64,000 nt of DNA. Source: Spirochaetia bacterium (GTDB taxonomy: Bacteria; Spirochaetota; Spirochaetia; SP-2023). Made by a program: the position numbers and the translations under genes. The stretch covers positions 96,001 to 160,000 of the forward strand of contig CBDDCK010000001.1 of assembly GCA_965225855.1 (NCBI GenBank), given 5' to 3'. The notes under the pieces are model-generated. The model made no database searches, was not told the DNA's origin, and was given only the letters and a program-made list of their open reading frames with translations. Positions 50,272-60,318 of this stretch are shown in pieces (positions within the stretch are counted from its first letter, which is position 1; each line of letters begins with the position of its first letter).

Positions 50272-50990
50272 TTACCCCAGAATCTTTAAATATATTGTCT
50301 TTAGAAATTTACCTTTGTTTAGTTTGCTGCCCCAACTACTAAAGTTTTGCGTAAAAGCAACACCTTCAAACATACTATCCATATTGGTAACGTTACTTAC
50401 ATCCCATTTGGGTATATCACTAAAATTTAGAAGCATATGCAAACATAGCCTCCATATTCTGCACTTTACCAACCTGCCGTTACAATAATCACCGGTAAAC
50501 TTATTGTTGTGATAAAACATAGAGTCCATATTGGTAACTTGGGAAGTATTCCATTGGGCTTGGTGAGCCATGGGACAGCATTAACCTTAAAGAAAACATC
50601 TTAATAATCTTCATAGTCGACTTCCTTCATAAATTTAGAAATTGAACTTTGTCAAGTTTTGAGAGAATTTTATACCATATAAAAATTTAGGATTCAATAA
50701 TGTACAAAAACTAATTGGCCAAATCATAGAATTATCCCAAATTATAAGAAGAGATTAATTCTTATAAAATTCATAATCCTTTCAGGAACTTTCTACTTGG
50801 GTACTCTTGATATTTTTTCTTACACAGTCAATTTTTAACTTCATTTAGGCAGCTTCCTTTTTTGTTTCATCAAATGATAATTGCTTATATTCCAAGCGGA
50901 TATATCACCAGTAAAATTGTTGGCTGTGCCAAGTGTATCACTCATATTGGTAATGTTACAAAATTCCAATTAGAAACATCGACATTTTTT
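50272..50990 (-). pseudogene. DUF285/BspA-type surface repeat protein remnants
   Basis: Scattered fragments WNTSQVTNMDSMF, WDVSNVTNMDSMF and NITNMS...NFTGDISAWNIS in broken frames. Confidence 0.7.
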
Positions 50991-51014
50991 CACAGTCTCT
51001 GAAATTAACCAAAA

Positions 51015-51392
51015 TCAGTTGACATTTAGCTGCCAGCTGACACCAAACTGGTCTTCTACCCAAGCAAAGAGCGTTGAGAACCCATAGTTGCCTACTGGCA
51101 TGTAGATCTTACCTTGTCGACTCAGAGAATCAGCAAAAGTCAGTAATTCCTCTTTGCTTTCTAAGTCAATTAAGAAGGAAATCCCAGGAGTTATTCGCCA
51201 ATCGTGGGTGACGAAACTATCACTGATTATCACTTCTTGATTTTGCACGGAGAATACTGCCCTCATGATTAGATCATCATGAGGCTCTGCGTGATGTTTG
51301 AGTGAAAGTAGTTTGAAACTCGGAAAGACTGATTGGTAGAAATCTATAGCCTGTTGTGCTTGTCTTTCAATAGTAATAAACGGACGCATCAT
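51015..51392 (-). CDS. PhnB/3-dmu-9_3-mt-like VOC protein
   Basis: AIDFYQSVF, TPGISF, MPVGNYGFS..FAWVEDQFGVSWQL. Confidence 0.85.
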   Translation of the reverse strand: MMRPFITIERQAQQAIDFYQSVFPSFKLLSLKHHAEPHDDLIMRAVFSVQNQEVIISDSFVTHDWRITPGISFLIDLESKEELLTFADSLSRQGKIYMPVGNYGFSTLFAWVEDQFGVSWQLNVN

Positions 51393-51558
51393 AAAAAACC
51401 AACAAAGGAACTTTCTTTTTGTTTAGAGTGAATGAAAATCCCAACATGCCACCATCACCAGAATCAATACCCAACTCCATACAAAATGCATGGTAACCTT
51501 TTGAATCTCCTTCTTGGAATACAACATGTAGATGCCGACAATTCCACTCTTCTTTCAA
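51367..51558 (-). pseudogene. Possible HicB-like antitoxin fragment
   Basis: HVVFQEGDSKGYHAFCMELGIDSGDG resembles the HicB N-terminal pattern; no hicA seen. Confidence 0.3.
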
Positions 51559-51679
51559 TCATAATTCAGAAATTTTAATCTGTCAAGTAAATCGATCATC
51601 GCACAAAAATAAAAAGGGATTGTGCTAAGCGGATTTTTCTGTTAAAGACTATCCACTTTTTACACGAAGAGGAGATAAT

Positions 51680-52864
51680 ATGCAGATATTGATTGCAGCA
51701 GATTCCTTTAAAGGAACCAATACCAGCTTAGAAGTTGGCCAAGCCATTCAGCGTGGTTTTACAAAAATTTTCCCAGAGGCGATTTTTCAAATTATACCAG
51801 TGGCAGACGGTGGCGAAGGCACAGTAAAAGCGTTGCTTCAAGCTGCAAGTCAAGCTACGGGCAAGGCGGGCCATTTAGAAACATTGCAAGTACATGGCCC
51901 CTTGGGTGCGGGGCAACCTGTGCAAAGTTTCTGGGGTCACTTGCCTGATAAAGCCGTGATTGAAATAGCCGCAGCCTCTGGCCTGCCATTGCTTTCACCC
52001 CAGCAGCGCAATCCACTGTGCACTACCACTTACGGTACAGGGGAACTGCTGCGTGCAGCCCTAGATTCTGGTGCTCGTCAAATTATGGTTGGCATCGGTG
52101 GCAGTGCTACCAACGATGGAGGCGTAGGCATGGCTCAAGCCCTCGGCGCCCGTTTTCTCGATAAAAATGGCAACGAATTACAAGGCGGTGGTGGCAACCT
52201 AAACCAATTGGAACGCATTGATATTTCTGGTCTTGACCCCCGTTTACAGCAAACCGAAATTTTGATTGCCTGTGATGTCGACAACCCTCTACTCGGTGAA
52301 AAAGGAGCGTCCGCAGTGTACGGGCCACAAAAAGGGGCAAGCCCCGAAATGGTGAAAATACTCGATACAAACCTCGGCCATCTAGCGGCTATCGTCAAAC
52401 GCGATTTAGGCATAGACTACAGTAACGAGCCAGGGTCAGGGGCTGCGGGTGGCCTTGGTTTTGGTTTGATGAATTTTTGCTCTGGTAAATTGCTTTCAGG
52501 TATTGAAACCGTACTCCGCATTATTGAATTTGACAAAATGCTAGCAAAAGCTGACTTAGTTCTAACTGGAGAGGGCCGTTTAGATGGTCAGTCGGTCCAC
52601 GGCAAAGTGCCAGTTGGCGTGGCACAATGGGCCAAACAAACAGCGCAACAACAAAAAAGAAATATCCCAGTTGTGGCCATTGTTGGTGAATTAGGATGCG
52701 AAGCCCATTCCGTATTTCAACATGGTATTGATGCGTTATTCCCCACTGTCGACCGAGTGATGAATTTGCAAACAGCACTAGCGGAAAGCCGTTTGGCACT
52801 GGAAGCAACGGCTGAACGCGCAGCTCGTGCACTTTGCTTAGGCTTAAATTGGGACCTAAATTAA
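51680..52864 (+). CDS. glxK: Glycerate kinase
   Basis: IAADSFKG, PVADGGEGT, GIGGSATNDGG, GAAGGLG, TGEGRLDGQS motifs. Confidence 0.95.
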   Translation: MQILIAADSFKGTNTSLEVGQAIQRGFTKIFPEAIFQIIPVADGGEGTVKALLQAASQATGKAGHLETLQVHGPLGAGQPVQSFWGHLPDKAVIEIAAASGLPLLSPQQRNPLCTTTYGTGELLRAALDSGARQIMVGIGGSATNDGGVGMAQALGARFLDKNGNELQGGGGNLNQLERIDISGLDPRLQQTEILIACDVDNPLLGEKGASAVYGPQKGASPEMVKILDTNLGHLAAIVKRDLGIDYSNEPGSGAAGGLGFGLMNFCSGKLLSGIETVLRIIEFDKMLAKADLVLTGEGRLDGQSVHGKVPVGVAQWAKQTAQQQKRNIPVVAIVGELGCEAHSVFQHGIDALFPTVDRVMNLQTALAESRLALEATAERAARALCLGLNWDLN

Positions 52865-52901
52865 AAGTGCAAATTTCAATTCAAATCTAAAATAATAAAA
52901 T

Positions 52902-54005
52902 ATGCCAGAATTACCAGAAGTTGAAACCGTGCGCCGTGGGCTAGCGAACGCTTTCGGTTTGGAACACTCCAATCAAAACAGGCAAAGTGGGGCCCAAAAC
53001 GGGGCGATGAATTTCAGCAAAAATTTTAATAAATTTCCTCAGCTGCAAGGCTGGCATTTTGCCCGCCCCAATTTGCGCTACCCTCTACCTATAGAAAAAT
53101 TACATGGGCTCAAAGGTGCTTGTTTACTTTCAGTCGAACGGCGCAGTAAATTTTTACTGCTATACTTTAGCCACATACTGCCGCCGCCCAATATTTCCTT
53201 GCCAGAGCTAACCCAAAATATAAAAACTTGGGGGCGCAAGTTGCAATTGCGCCGAGTGATTATCCACCTAGGCATGACGGGAGTATTGAAAATATTACCC
53301 CAACTGCCCGATGAACTGGGCAAACACGACCACCTATGGGCTTTATTTCATGTAGAACGACCAACCCAAGAAAGCCCGCAAGGCAAGCAACATTACCTAT
53401 TATATAACGATGTGCGCCGATTTGGTTTTTGGGATTATCAAGAGCTGCAAGAAACTTTCCAATTGATGAAGCCTTTTGCTTCAGTGGGCTGCGAACCGAT
53501 ACCGCTAGAGCAATACCGCTTGCAAGCACCATTGACGCTAGCTTTAGCTAACACTGAAGAAACTTCAAAGCCAATCGCATTGAACAACTCGCGCCATGAT
53601 TTTGCAGCTTTGGGGGAATATTTATACCATTGCTCACGCAAAATACAACGTCCAATAAAACCTTGGTTACTAGATGGTAAAATCGTTTGCGGTGTAGGCA
53701 ATATTTATTGTTCTGAAAGCCTATGGCTGGCTGGCTTACGGCCACAAAAAAATGCATGCGAACTAAGCTATCAGCAAGCTACCAAACTTGCCACGGCCAT
53801 AGAAAAAACTATTACCGCAGCAATTAAAGCAGGCGGCACAACTTTCAAAGATTTCCGCAACAGCACGGGCAAGCCCGGCTATTTTCAACAAGAGCTGCGG
53901 GTTTATGGCCATGAAGGCAAAAGCTGCCCGCATTGCAGCCACCCCATTATCAAACAAGTACAAGCACAACGAGCAACCTATTATTGCTCCCAGTGCCAAA
54001 TATAA
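52902..54005 (+). CDS. mutM: Formamidopyrimidine-DNA glycosylase
   Basis: MPELPEVET, HLGMTG, DVRRFG, GVGNIY motifs and a C-terminal zinc finger. Confidence 0.95.
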   Translation: MPELPEVETVRRGLANAFGLEHSNQNRQSGAQNGAMNFSKNFNKFPQLQGWHFARPNLRYPLPIEKLHGLKGACLLSVERRSKFLLLYFSHILPPPNISLPELTQNIKTWGRKLQLRRVIIHLGMTGVLKILPQLPDELGKHDHLWALFHVERPTQESPQGKQHYLLYNDVRRFGFWDYQELQETFQLMKPFASVGCEPIPLEQYRLQAPLTLALANTEETSKPIALNNSRHDFAALGEYLYHCSRKIQRPIKPWLLDGKIVCGVGNIYCSESLWLAGLRPQKNACELSYQQATKLATAIEKTITAAIKAGGTTFKDFRNSTGKPGYFQQELRVYGHEGKSCPHCSHPIIKQVQAQRATYYCSQCQI

Positions 54006-54030
54006 GCATTAAAGGAGCAAGAAATAACAA

Positions 54031-54555
54031 CTATTCCGCAAGAGGAGGTGTTGCAGGACGAGAAAGCAAACGCTCATCAATGGCTAATAAAGCCGCCACA
54101 TTATCGCCAGCCATTTCCAAACGATCGACAATATCATCGACTGAAGATTCTTCTTTGCGCTGTTCGGCTAAAAACCACTGCATAAACTCAAAAGTGCCAA
54201 AATCCCTTTCTTCAAAAGCTTGACCCACAATACTATTAATTCGCTTGGTAATGGCTTGCTCATGTTGAAAAGCCACTTGGAAACACTCCAACAAGCTACT
54301 AGCTTTGATTTCAGGCTTGGTAACGCCTTTTACAATAGCTTTACCGTGTTTCTCTACAATGTATTCAAAAACCCGCATACCGTGTTCATGTTCTTCACGG
54401 AACTGTTGGTGAAACCAGTAAGCTGCGCCGTGCCATTTCAATTCACAACATGCTGCCGATAAAGCTAAATAAGTATATGCTGAATGCATCTCAAAATTAA
54501 AATGTTCGTTCAGGACAGCAAACATCTTATCGCTGACCAATGTGTTGTGAGACAT
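54031..54555 (-). CDS. ftnA: Non-heme ferritin
   Basis: EMHSAYTYL, EEHEHG, HEQAIT, FMQWFLAEQRKEE. AGGAGG RBS supports ATG 54555. Confidence 0.92.
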   Translation of the reverse strand: MSHNTLVSDKMFAVLNEHFNFEMHSAYTYLALSAACCELKWHGAAYWFHQQFREEHEHGMRVFEYIVEKHGKAIVKGVTKPEIKASSLLECFQVAFQHEQAITKRINSIVGQAFEERDFGTFEFMQWFLAEQRKEESSVDDIVDRLEMAGDNVAALLAIDERLLSRPATPPLAE

Positions 54556-54569
54556 ACAACCTCCTAAAA

Positions 54570-54590
54570 TGATACTATCTATCAATTATA
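54570..54590 (-). promoter_or_regulatory. Fur/PerR-like 7-1-7 box next to the TATAAT upstream of ferritin
   Basis: TGATACT-A-TCTATCA (54570-54584) versus TGATAAT-N-ATTATCA; minus-strand TATAAT at 54585-54590. Confidence 0.35.
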
Positions 54591-54862
54591 TTTTGCTAGG
54601 ATAACAAAATTTTCCCAGACTGGGATTAATTAATATCTGGGGCTATGCTACGATAAAAAAATAAATTGGCAAGTGTTGTATCAAGTATTTTTCGCTTTAA
54701 TTTATGAAACATATTTTTATAGATTGCCTTAGAGCAAAATTTCCACTACTATACTCAGCTGAATATTAATAGGCATAGCCCGATGCAATGAATGAAACTT
54801 ATCTACATTAATTGTAATTACAGATACTTAAATATTTTTGAGCTTGCTACCAAAGGTAAAAT

Positions 54863-56131
54863 ATGAGAGAAGACCAGCTACTGAATTTTAGCCTCGCTGA
54901 TTTCCATTACAACGATAACCCAGACATACTCCAACCTCCTGAAGATTTTAAGCAGTGGCTTTATCACCCTAAAGTGCGCAGTGCATTTGGTTTTTTTGAA
55001 CAACAGTTGTTAGCGGCCCCCAAGGCCCAAAGTCGCATTCGTAGCAATTTTGATGGAGCTGAACGCGATATTATCAATTTGACTTCCTACAACTATTTAG
55101 GGCTTTCTACTCACCCTGAAGTGCTGCAAGCCTGTAAAGAAACTTTAGATAAGTATGGTATGGGGGCTTCTGGTGCACCACTGCTTTCGGGAACTTTTGA
55201 TTTACATACTATGCTGGCAGAGAAACTAGCAGCGTTTAAAGAGCAAGAAGCTTGCTTATTGTATTCTAGTGGTTTTGGTGGCAATGTCGGTGCCATACAA
55301 GGAATACTGCGCAAAGGCGATGTGGCCATTATGGACGAAAAAATCCACCGCAGTATTGTCGATGGCGTAACCCTTTCGGGAGCGAAAATGGCCTTTTTCC
55401 CACACAATGATATGAAGGGGTTGGAAGAATTGCTAGAAAAACACAAATCAAAACGCAAGCTGGTATTGGTTGAAGGCGTGTATTCCATGGACGGAGACTT
55501 AGTCAAACTACCGGGAGTCAGTGCCCTTTGCGACAGCTATAATACAGGTTTATTTTTGGACGAGGCCCATTCTTCCCTTATTTTCGGTAAGAACGGCCGT
55601 GGCGTGGGGGAACACTTTGACCTAGAACATAAAGTAGGCGTTAGCTTTGGCACTTTGAGCAAATCTTTTGGCGGAGTTGGGGGCTTTATTTGCGCCAACC
55701 AAGAAATTATTGACTACCTCAAAGGCTATTCTGCCCCGTGGAATTTTTCTTGTTCCATCGCTCCACCGATTGTGGGAGGCCTGTTAAAAGCTCTGGAAGT
55801 CGCCACCCGCGATTCGAGCTTGCGCGATACGCTTTGGCAAAATACTCATTACTTCCGCAAAGGCTTAGAATCTTTAAATCTCAATCTTGGCCAAACCGAA
55901 TCTCAAGTGATTCCGATTATCATCGGTTCATCAGGGGAGCTTTTGTTGCAAATGGCCTATGAAGTCCAAAGTCGCGGGCTATTTTTACAGCCAGTAGATT
56001 ATCCGGCCGTCCCTGCTCATGAACGACGTTTTCGTATTTCCGTTTCATCGCAATTGGATAAAGAGACTATCGACCAAGCTCTAAATATTATTGAGGACGT
56101 GATCGCCAAAAAACTAAGCTCAAAAAATTGA
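54863..56131 (+). CDS. PLP-dependent alpha-oxoamine synthase (BioF/Kbl/SPT family)
   Basis: SYNYLGL, EGVYSMDGD, DEAHS, GTLSKSFGGVGG motifs. Confidence 0.88.
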   Translation: MREDQLLNFSLADFHYNDNPDILQPPEDFKQWLYHPKVRSAFGFFEQQLLAAPKAQSRIRSNFDGAERDIINLTSYNYLGLSTHPEVLQACKETLDKYGMGASGAPLLSGTFDLHTMLAEKLAAFKEQEACLLYSSGFGGNVGAIQGILRKGDVAIMDEKIHRSIVDGVTLSGAKMAFFPHNDMKGLEELLEKHKSKRKLVLVEGVYSMDGDLVKLPGVSALCDSYNTGLFLDEAHSSLIFGKNGRGVGEHFDLEHKVGVSFGTLSKSFGGVGGFICANQEIIDYLKGYSAPWNFSCSIAPPIVGGLLKALEVATRDSSLRDTLWQNTHYFRKGLESLNLNLGQTESQVIPIIIGSSGELLLQMAYEVQSRGLFLQPVDYPAVPAHERRFRISVSSQLDKETIDQALNIIEDVIAKKLSSKN

Positions 56132-56197
56132 GCTTCCTGGGAGAAGAGACAAGAATACAAGTGTATAAAAATTAAAATAAAGGAGAAGGCCTCCCAA

Positions 56198-57418
56198 ATG
56201 GACAAGAACAATTTTCCACAACCTAGCCACGACAGCATCGCCTCCCAAGCGGGGATAGACAGAGAAAATCATTATGGCGGCGTAACTCCCCCTATTTATA
56301 CAACTTCTACCTATCGCATGGCGGACTTTGGAGTGGAAGGTGAACACGAGTATGCTCGTGTTTCTCACCCAAACCGCAACCACTTGGCAAAAGCCCTTTC
56401 GCAAATGGAAGATGGTTGCGGCCAGGGAATTATCACTGCTTCCGGTATGGCAGCCTTAAACCTAATTTTGCAATTGGTACAACCAGGGGATTGGGTTATC
56501 AGCGGCCACGATGCCTACGGCGGTACCCAGCGTTTTTTAAATGTAATGGCTTCGCGCAGTATGTTTCGGCTCCACTACTGTAATATCAATAACCCTGACC
56601 CTAGCGTAGCCCATGAAGCAATTGCGCTTGCCCCTCGTCTAATTTTGCTGGAAACTCCTTCCAACCCTTTGTTGGGTGTTTGCGATGTGTCTACTTGGAT
56701 TGAGGCAGTAAATAAATTCCAAAGCCAAGGAAATAATCGCCCCATTGTAGCTGTGGATAATACAATGCTTAGCCCGATCAATTTTCAGCCATTAGCCTTG
56801 GGCGCTGACCTCGTATGGCATTCAACCACAAAATATATTAACGGACATACGGATTTAATTGGGGGTGCCATTATTTGCCGTGAGGTAGCTTTATATGAAG
56901 AGCTTGACTGGTGGATTAAAACCATGGGGCTTGGCGCAGCAGCCTTTGATGCTTGGCTAACCACCAGAGGTCTTCGTACTCTGCCACTGCGCATTCGGCG
57001 GCAACAACAAAGCGCCCAAAAACTGGCAGAGTATTTAGCGTGCCAACCACAGGTTGACCAAGTTTTTTATCCTGGCCTTACCCAACATGCTAACCATGAG
57101 CTGGCTAAAAAACAATTCCGCGGTTTTGGGGGCATGCTAAGTTTTGAGCTAAAAGGTAAAGCTGGCAACGGTGCTGAAACAACTGCTGAAGAACTAAAAA
57201 CTTTTATCTATGCTCAAAAAGCCGCTTCGTTTGCCGTATCGCTAGGTGGCGTATCCAGTTTGCTCTCCCACCCTTCCACCATGAGCCACCTCGATATGAC
57301 CGAAGAAGCCCGTAGCAAAGCAGGTATTCGTTTTGGCTTATTGCGTCTATCAGTCGGTTTGGAAGAACCCGATGACTTAATTCAGGGGCTAGAAAGTGGG
57401 TTTCGAGCATTAGCCTAA
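56198..57418 (+). CDS. metB: Cystathionine gamma-synthase
   Basis: PPIYTTSTY, SGMAA, ETPSNP, VDNT, HSTTKYINGH, SLGG, LLRLSVGLE motifs; MetB-like ELDWW segment. Confidence 0.8.
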   Translation: MDKNNFPQPSHDSIASQAGIDRENHYGGVTPPIYTTSTYRMADFGVEGEHEYARVSHPNRNHLAKALSQMEDGCGQGIITASGMAALNLILQLVQPGDWVISGHDAYGGTQRFLNVMASRSMFRLHYCNINNPDPSVAHEAIALAPRLILLETPSNPLLGVCDVSTWIEAVNKFQSQGNNRPIVAVDNTMLSPINFQPLALGADLVWHSTTKYINGHTDLIGGAIICREVALYEELDWWIKTMGLGAAAFDAWLTTRGLRTLPLRIRRQQQSAQKLAEYLACQPQVDQVFYPGLTQHANHELAKKQFRGFGGMLSFELKGKAGNGAETTAEELKTFIYAQKAASFAVSLGGVSSLLSHPSTMSHLDMTEEARSKAGIRFGLLRLSVGLEEPDDLIQGLESGFRALA

Positions 57419-57455
57419 AAATATAAATAAAAAAATCTACTTTATTTTGGGGCTA

Positions 57456-58568
57456 TTACTCCTGCTTGAAATTTTGCCTAGGTAAAACTTTCAGCAAAGA
57501 CCTGTGATCATTGCTATCTTGCCCTATTTCCCAAATCATGATACCACCTAAATCTTGCTCTTGGGCAAACTCAAACTTCCGTACAATCATGTCCTGACCA
57601 TTAAAATAATAATTGTTTATTTCATTATCTTCGGGAGCTAGGTCAAAACTTTGGGCTAGGTAGTTGTAAGTTTTGGCACGCCGCCTTCCGCTAGAACGAA
57701 TTTCTCTACCGTAAAATGGTAACCCCAGAAAAATTTTTTGAGACGGTATAGCATAGCGGGCACTTAAATAAGCAACCATTTCGGTAATATCTTCCATAGT
57801 AGAATGGCGGGGCGCAAAATCATAGCCCATAAAATTCACCGCATCAACCGCTTGGAACAATTTGGTATTTAACGCAGCTTGCTTCCTAGAAATAGCTACA
57901 CTAACCCGATAGTTTTTTGCGCCATTTTTATTTGCAGCGAAAGTATTTGCACGAACTTCTTTAATTAAAGCAATATAGGCTGCCATATCGTTTTTGTTGC
58001 GAGGATATTCCCAGTCAAAATCTATGCCATCAAGCTCCCAAGTTTCAGCTACGGCAATGAGATTGTGAGCCAATTTTTGACGCAACGTTTTGCTTTTCAT
58101 TACGGGCAAAAAACGCGATGAACCACCAGCCAAACATACCACTAAACCAAAGCCATATATTGCACGGAGTTTCTGTAAGTATTCCAGATGCTGCGGATAA
58201 AATCCGGAAAAATCTATGCTGCCATCACCTGCTTTGCCGGGCAATAACCGAAAATAATTAATTTGTGTAATGCGTCCGGTAGCCAAGGCTGCTATTAAAT
58301 ATTCCTTAAATTCTGGAACACTTGGCTCACTATATAGCTTGTTTTGCGAACCACCAATTCCCGGATCATAACTAGCAAAATCAAAAGCCCCACTAGCAGT
58401 ATTTTGGCCTTGTTCCAGTTGGTAGGGGCTAGTTTCTGTGGGCCGTTGCATGCGGTAGTAAGGCAGGTAAACGGTATTTTGATAGCCGGATTCTTGCGCA
58501 GCCAAAGAATAAAAACGATAGATAGAAACCGCCACTAAAAAAACGGCAAATGTGGTATATATTTTCAT
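57456..58568 (-). CDS. Secreted glycoside hydrolase family 18 (chitinase-like)
   Basis: Signal peptide; catalytic DGIDFDWEYP; MGYD; LGLPFYGR; GGIMIWEIGQD. Confidence 0.9.
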   Translation of the reverse strand: MKIYTTFAVFLVAVSIYRFYSLAAQESGYQNTVYLPYYRMQRPTETSPYQLEQGQNTASGAFDFASYDPGIGGSQNKLYSEPSVPEFKEYLIAALATGRITQINYFRLLPGKAGDGSIDFSGFYPQHLEYLQKLRAIYGFGLVVCLAGGSSRFLPVMKSKTLRQKLAHNLIAVAETWELDGIDFDWEYPRNKNDMAAYIALIKEVRANTFAANKNGAKNYRVSVAISRKQAALNTKLFQAVDAVNFMGYDFAPRHSTMEDITEMVAYLSARYAIPSQKIFLGLPFYGREIRSSGRRRAKTYNYLAQSFDLAPEDNEINNYYFNGQDMIVRKFEFAQEQDLGGIMIWEIGQDSNDHRSLLKVLPRQNFKQE

Positions 58569-58677
58569 ACTGGGGGCAATTATAAATATTCTAATTTTCC
58601 AAGCAATATAATGAAGGAACTCTTTTTGTAATTTATGGCTGCCTTATCCCATTTTTCAAAATTCAATGTTCAAAATA

Positions 58678-58706
58678 AAAAGGAAGACTCTCTAAGCCTT
58701 CCTTTT
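58678..58706 (-). terminator. Putative rho-independent terminator
   Basis: AAAAGGAAG...CTTCCTTTT stem flanked by A/T runs, downstream of the 58795 gene. Confidence 0.55.
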
Positions 58707-58794
58707 GTTAAAAAAATTAAAACTAACGGCCAAACCCCTAACGGGCAAGCCCCCCAAAAATCGCTACCCAAAATGACCCAATAGCAATGGGCAA

Positions 58795-59214
58795 TTACGA
58801 TATTTGGATAAACTTTTTTTTACTGCTTCCACTGGTACTGGGTTGAAAATAGCGATCACCATTCAATTCTTCTTTTACTGTTAATTTTTTATAATCCGTA
58901 AAAAGTATAGTAGTAGAACGACGATTCCATGTCAGCGCAAACGTTGCGATCTTGTTATTACTACTCCAAATGGATTCATTGGTATTTAAAGAATATACAA
59001 AAGTACCAGAACCAGCTTTACCGTCAATCTTAGCCGTAAACGTACCATCGGAAAAAAATTCAAATTTATCTGTACCGCCACTTGCCTGCCATATACCGGC
59101 AGCTTGCAGGGTATCTTTTAACTTGAACAACAAATTGGATTCCTCATCAATTTCACAAGAAAACAACATGGGTGTCAGAAGAAAAAAACTTACAATCAAT
59201 TTTATTTTATTCAT
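58795..59214 (-). CDS. Hypothetical lipoprotein
   Basis: MNKIKLIVSFFLLTPMLFS-C spirochetal lipobox. Confidence 0.7.
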   Translation of the reverse strand: MNKIKLIVSFFLLTPMLFSCEIDEESNLLFKLKDTLQAAGIWQASGGTDKFEFFSDGTFTAKIDGKAGSGTFVYSLNTNESIWSSNNKIATFALTWNRRSTTILFTDYKKLTVKEELNGDRYFQPSTSGSSKKKFIQIS

Positions 59215-59225
59215 AAAAACTCCTT

Positions 59226-59909
59226 TTAAGACCAGAATCTTACGCCAAGCTCTGGAAAAATGGCAAATGGTACCATGAGAAAAGTTGCATTGTAAAGCTC
59301 GTTCCCAGCTTTACTCTCTAAAGAAATAGTTTCCATCTGAATACCGAAGGCAATCTGCACTTGAGCAAATACTTCAAGCCGTTGTATTTTCAGAGAAATT
59401 CCCGGCCCCAAACGAAAAAAACTTAGTAAATGGAGAAAATCATAATTGCTTTTACCTCGGCCTAGAGCAAAATCAAAGTACAGCCCAGCTACACCGTAAA
59501 ACCCTATGGGCAGACCCGCTGGGGTAAATTTATAGCCCGCATCAACTGAAATAAACGGACGAATAGGAAAATCGGGAATAATATTATCTTTTCCCGAGCC
59601 CGCCATAATTCCCAAATTTAAAGCGGTTAAAAGACCACTGAGCGCAAAAGCACCGGTAAAGCCGACACCCGGCGCATAGTGCACAATATCCTTTTCATCA
59701 AATTTAAAACCCTTTACTGGCGGACTGATTTTATCTAGGGCTTTATTTTCTACTTTTAGAATATTGTACAAGCTAGCTAGAGGTAGGTAGCTACTATACA
59801 TCAAACCACCTCCGTAACTTTGGGCTACCAAGCTCACTTGAGAAATAGTAAATAAAAAACAACTTAGACTAAATGCGAGTAACCATCTCTTTCTAAAAAA
59901 TCTTATCAT
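59226..59909 (-). CDS. Putative small outer-membrane beta-barrel protein
   Basis: Signal peptide, amphipathic strands and a C-terminal LGVRFW motif. Confidence 0.6.
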   Translation of the reverse strand: MIRFFRKRWLLAFSLSCFLFTISQVSLVAQSYGGGLMYSSYLPLASLYNILKVENKALDKISPPVKGFKFDEKDIVHYAPGVGFTGAFALSGLLTALNLGIMAGSGKDNIIPDFPIRPFISVDAGYKFTPAGLPIGFYGVAGLYFDFALGRGKSNYDFLHLLSFFRLGPGISLKIQRLEVFAQVQIAFGIQMETISLESKAGNELYNATFLMVPFAIFPELGVRFWS

Positions 59910-60040
59910 TAGTCAAATTCTCCTTTCCGCATCAAATTGCTTGCAACAAGCAATTTTTGGATTGTTACGTTTTTCTTTTGATATGTCTAGCCTATTGTAA
60001 TATTTTCAAAAAATAATTTAGAGATTTTGTGAAAAAACAC

Positions 60041-60069
60041 TTGACAATAAAAATCCATTGTATTATTGT
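60041..60069 (+). promoter_or_regulatory. Sigma70 promoter of the thiamine operon
   Basis: TTGACA-17 nt-TATTGT immediately upstream of the riboswitch. Confidence 0.65.
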
Positions 60070-60076
60070 CGTGTCA

Positions 60077-60150
60077 ATCCTTGGGGTGGTTTCAAACCTG
60101 AGAGTAAACCCATTGAACCTGATCCAGATTGTACTGGCGTAGGGAAGGAT
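60077..60150 (+). ncRNA. TPP riboswitch
   Basis: ATCCTT-GGGGTG...CTGAGA...ACCC..TGAACCTGATCCAG...TACTGGCGTAGGG-AAGGAT, upstream of thiamine-related genes. Confidence 0.93.
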
Positions 60151-60318
60151 CATTAGCGGGTATATTGATTGTTGACCTGTTAATTTTCTGCCGATCGGCT
60201 GACTCGAATGACTTGGCAGAATTTTCCAACCGTATTCTAGTATTTTGTGTTTGCCTCATATTACTTTTGTGGCTGCCGTTCCGAGGAAATTAAATAAGGT
60301 TTTTCTTTGGGGCCATTT

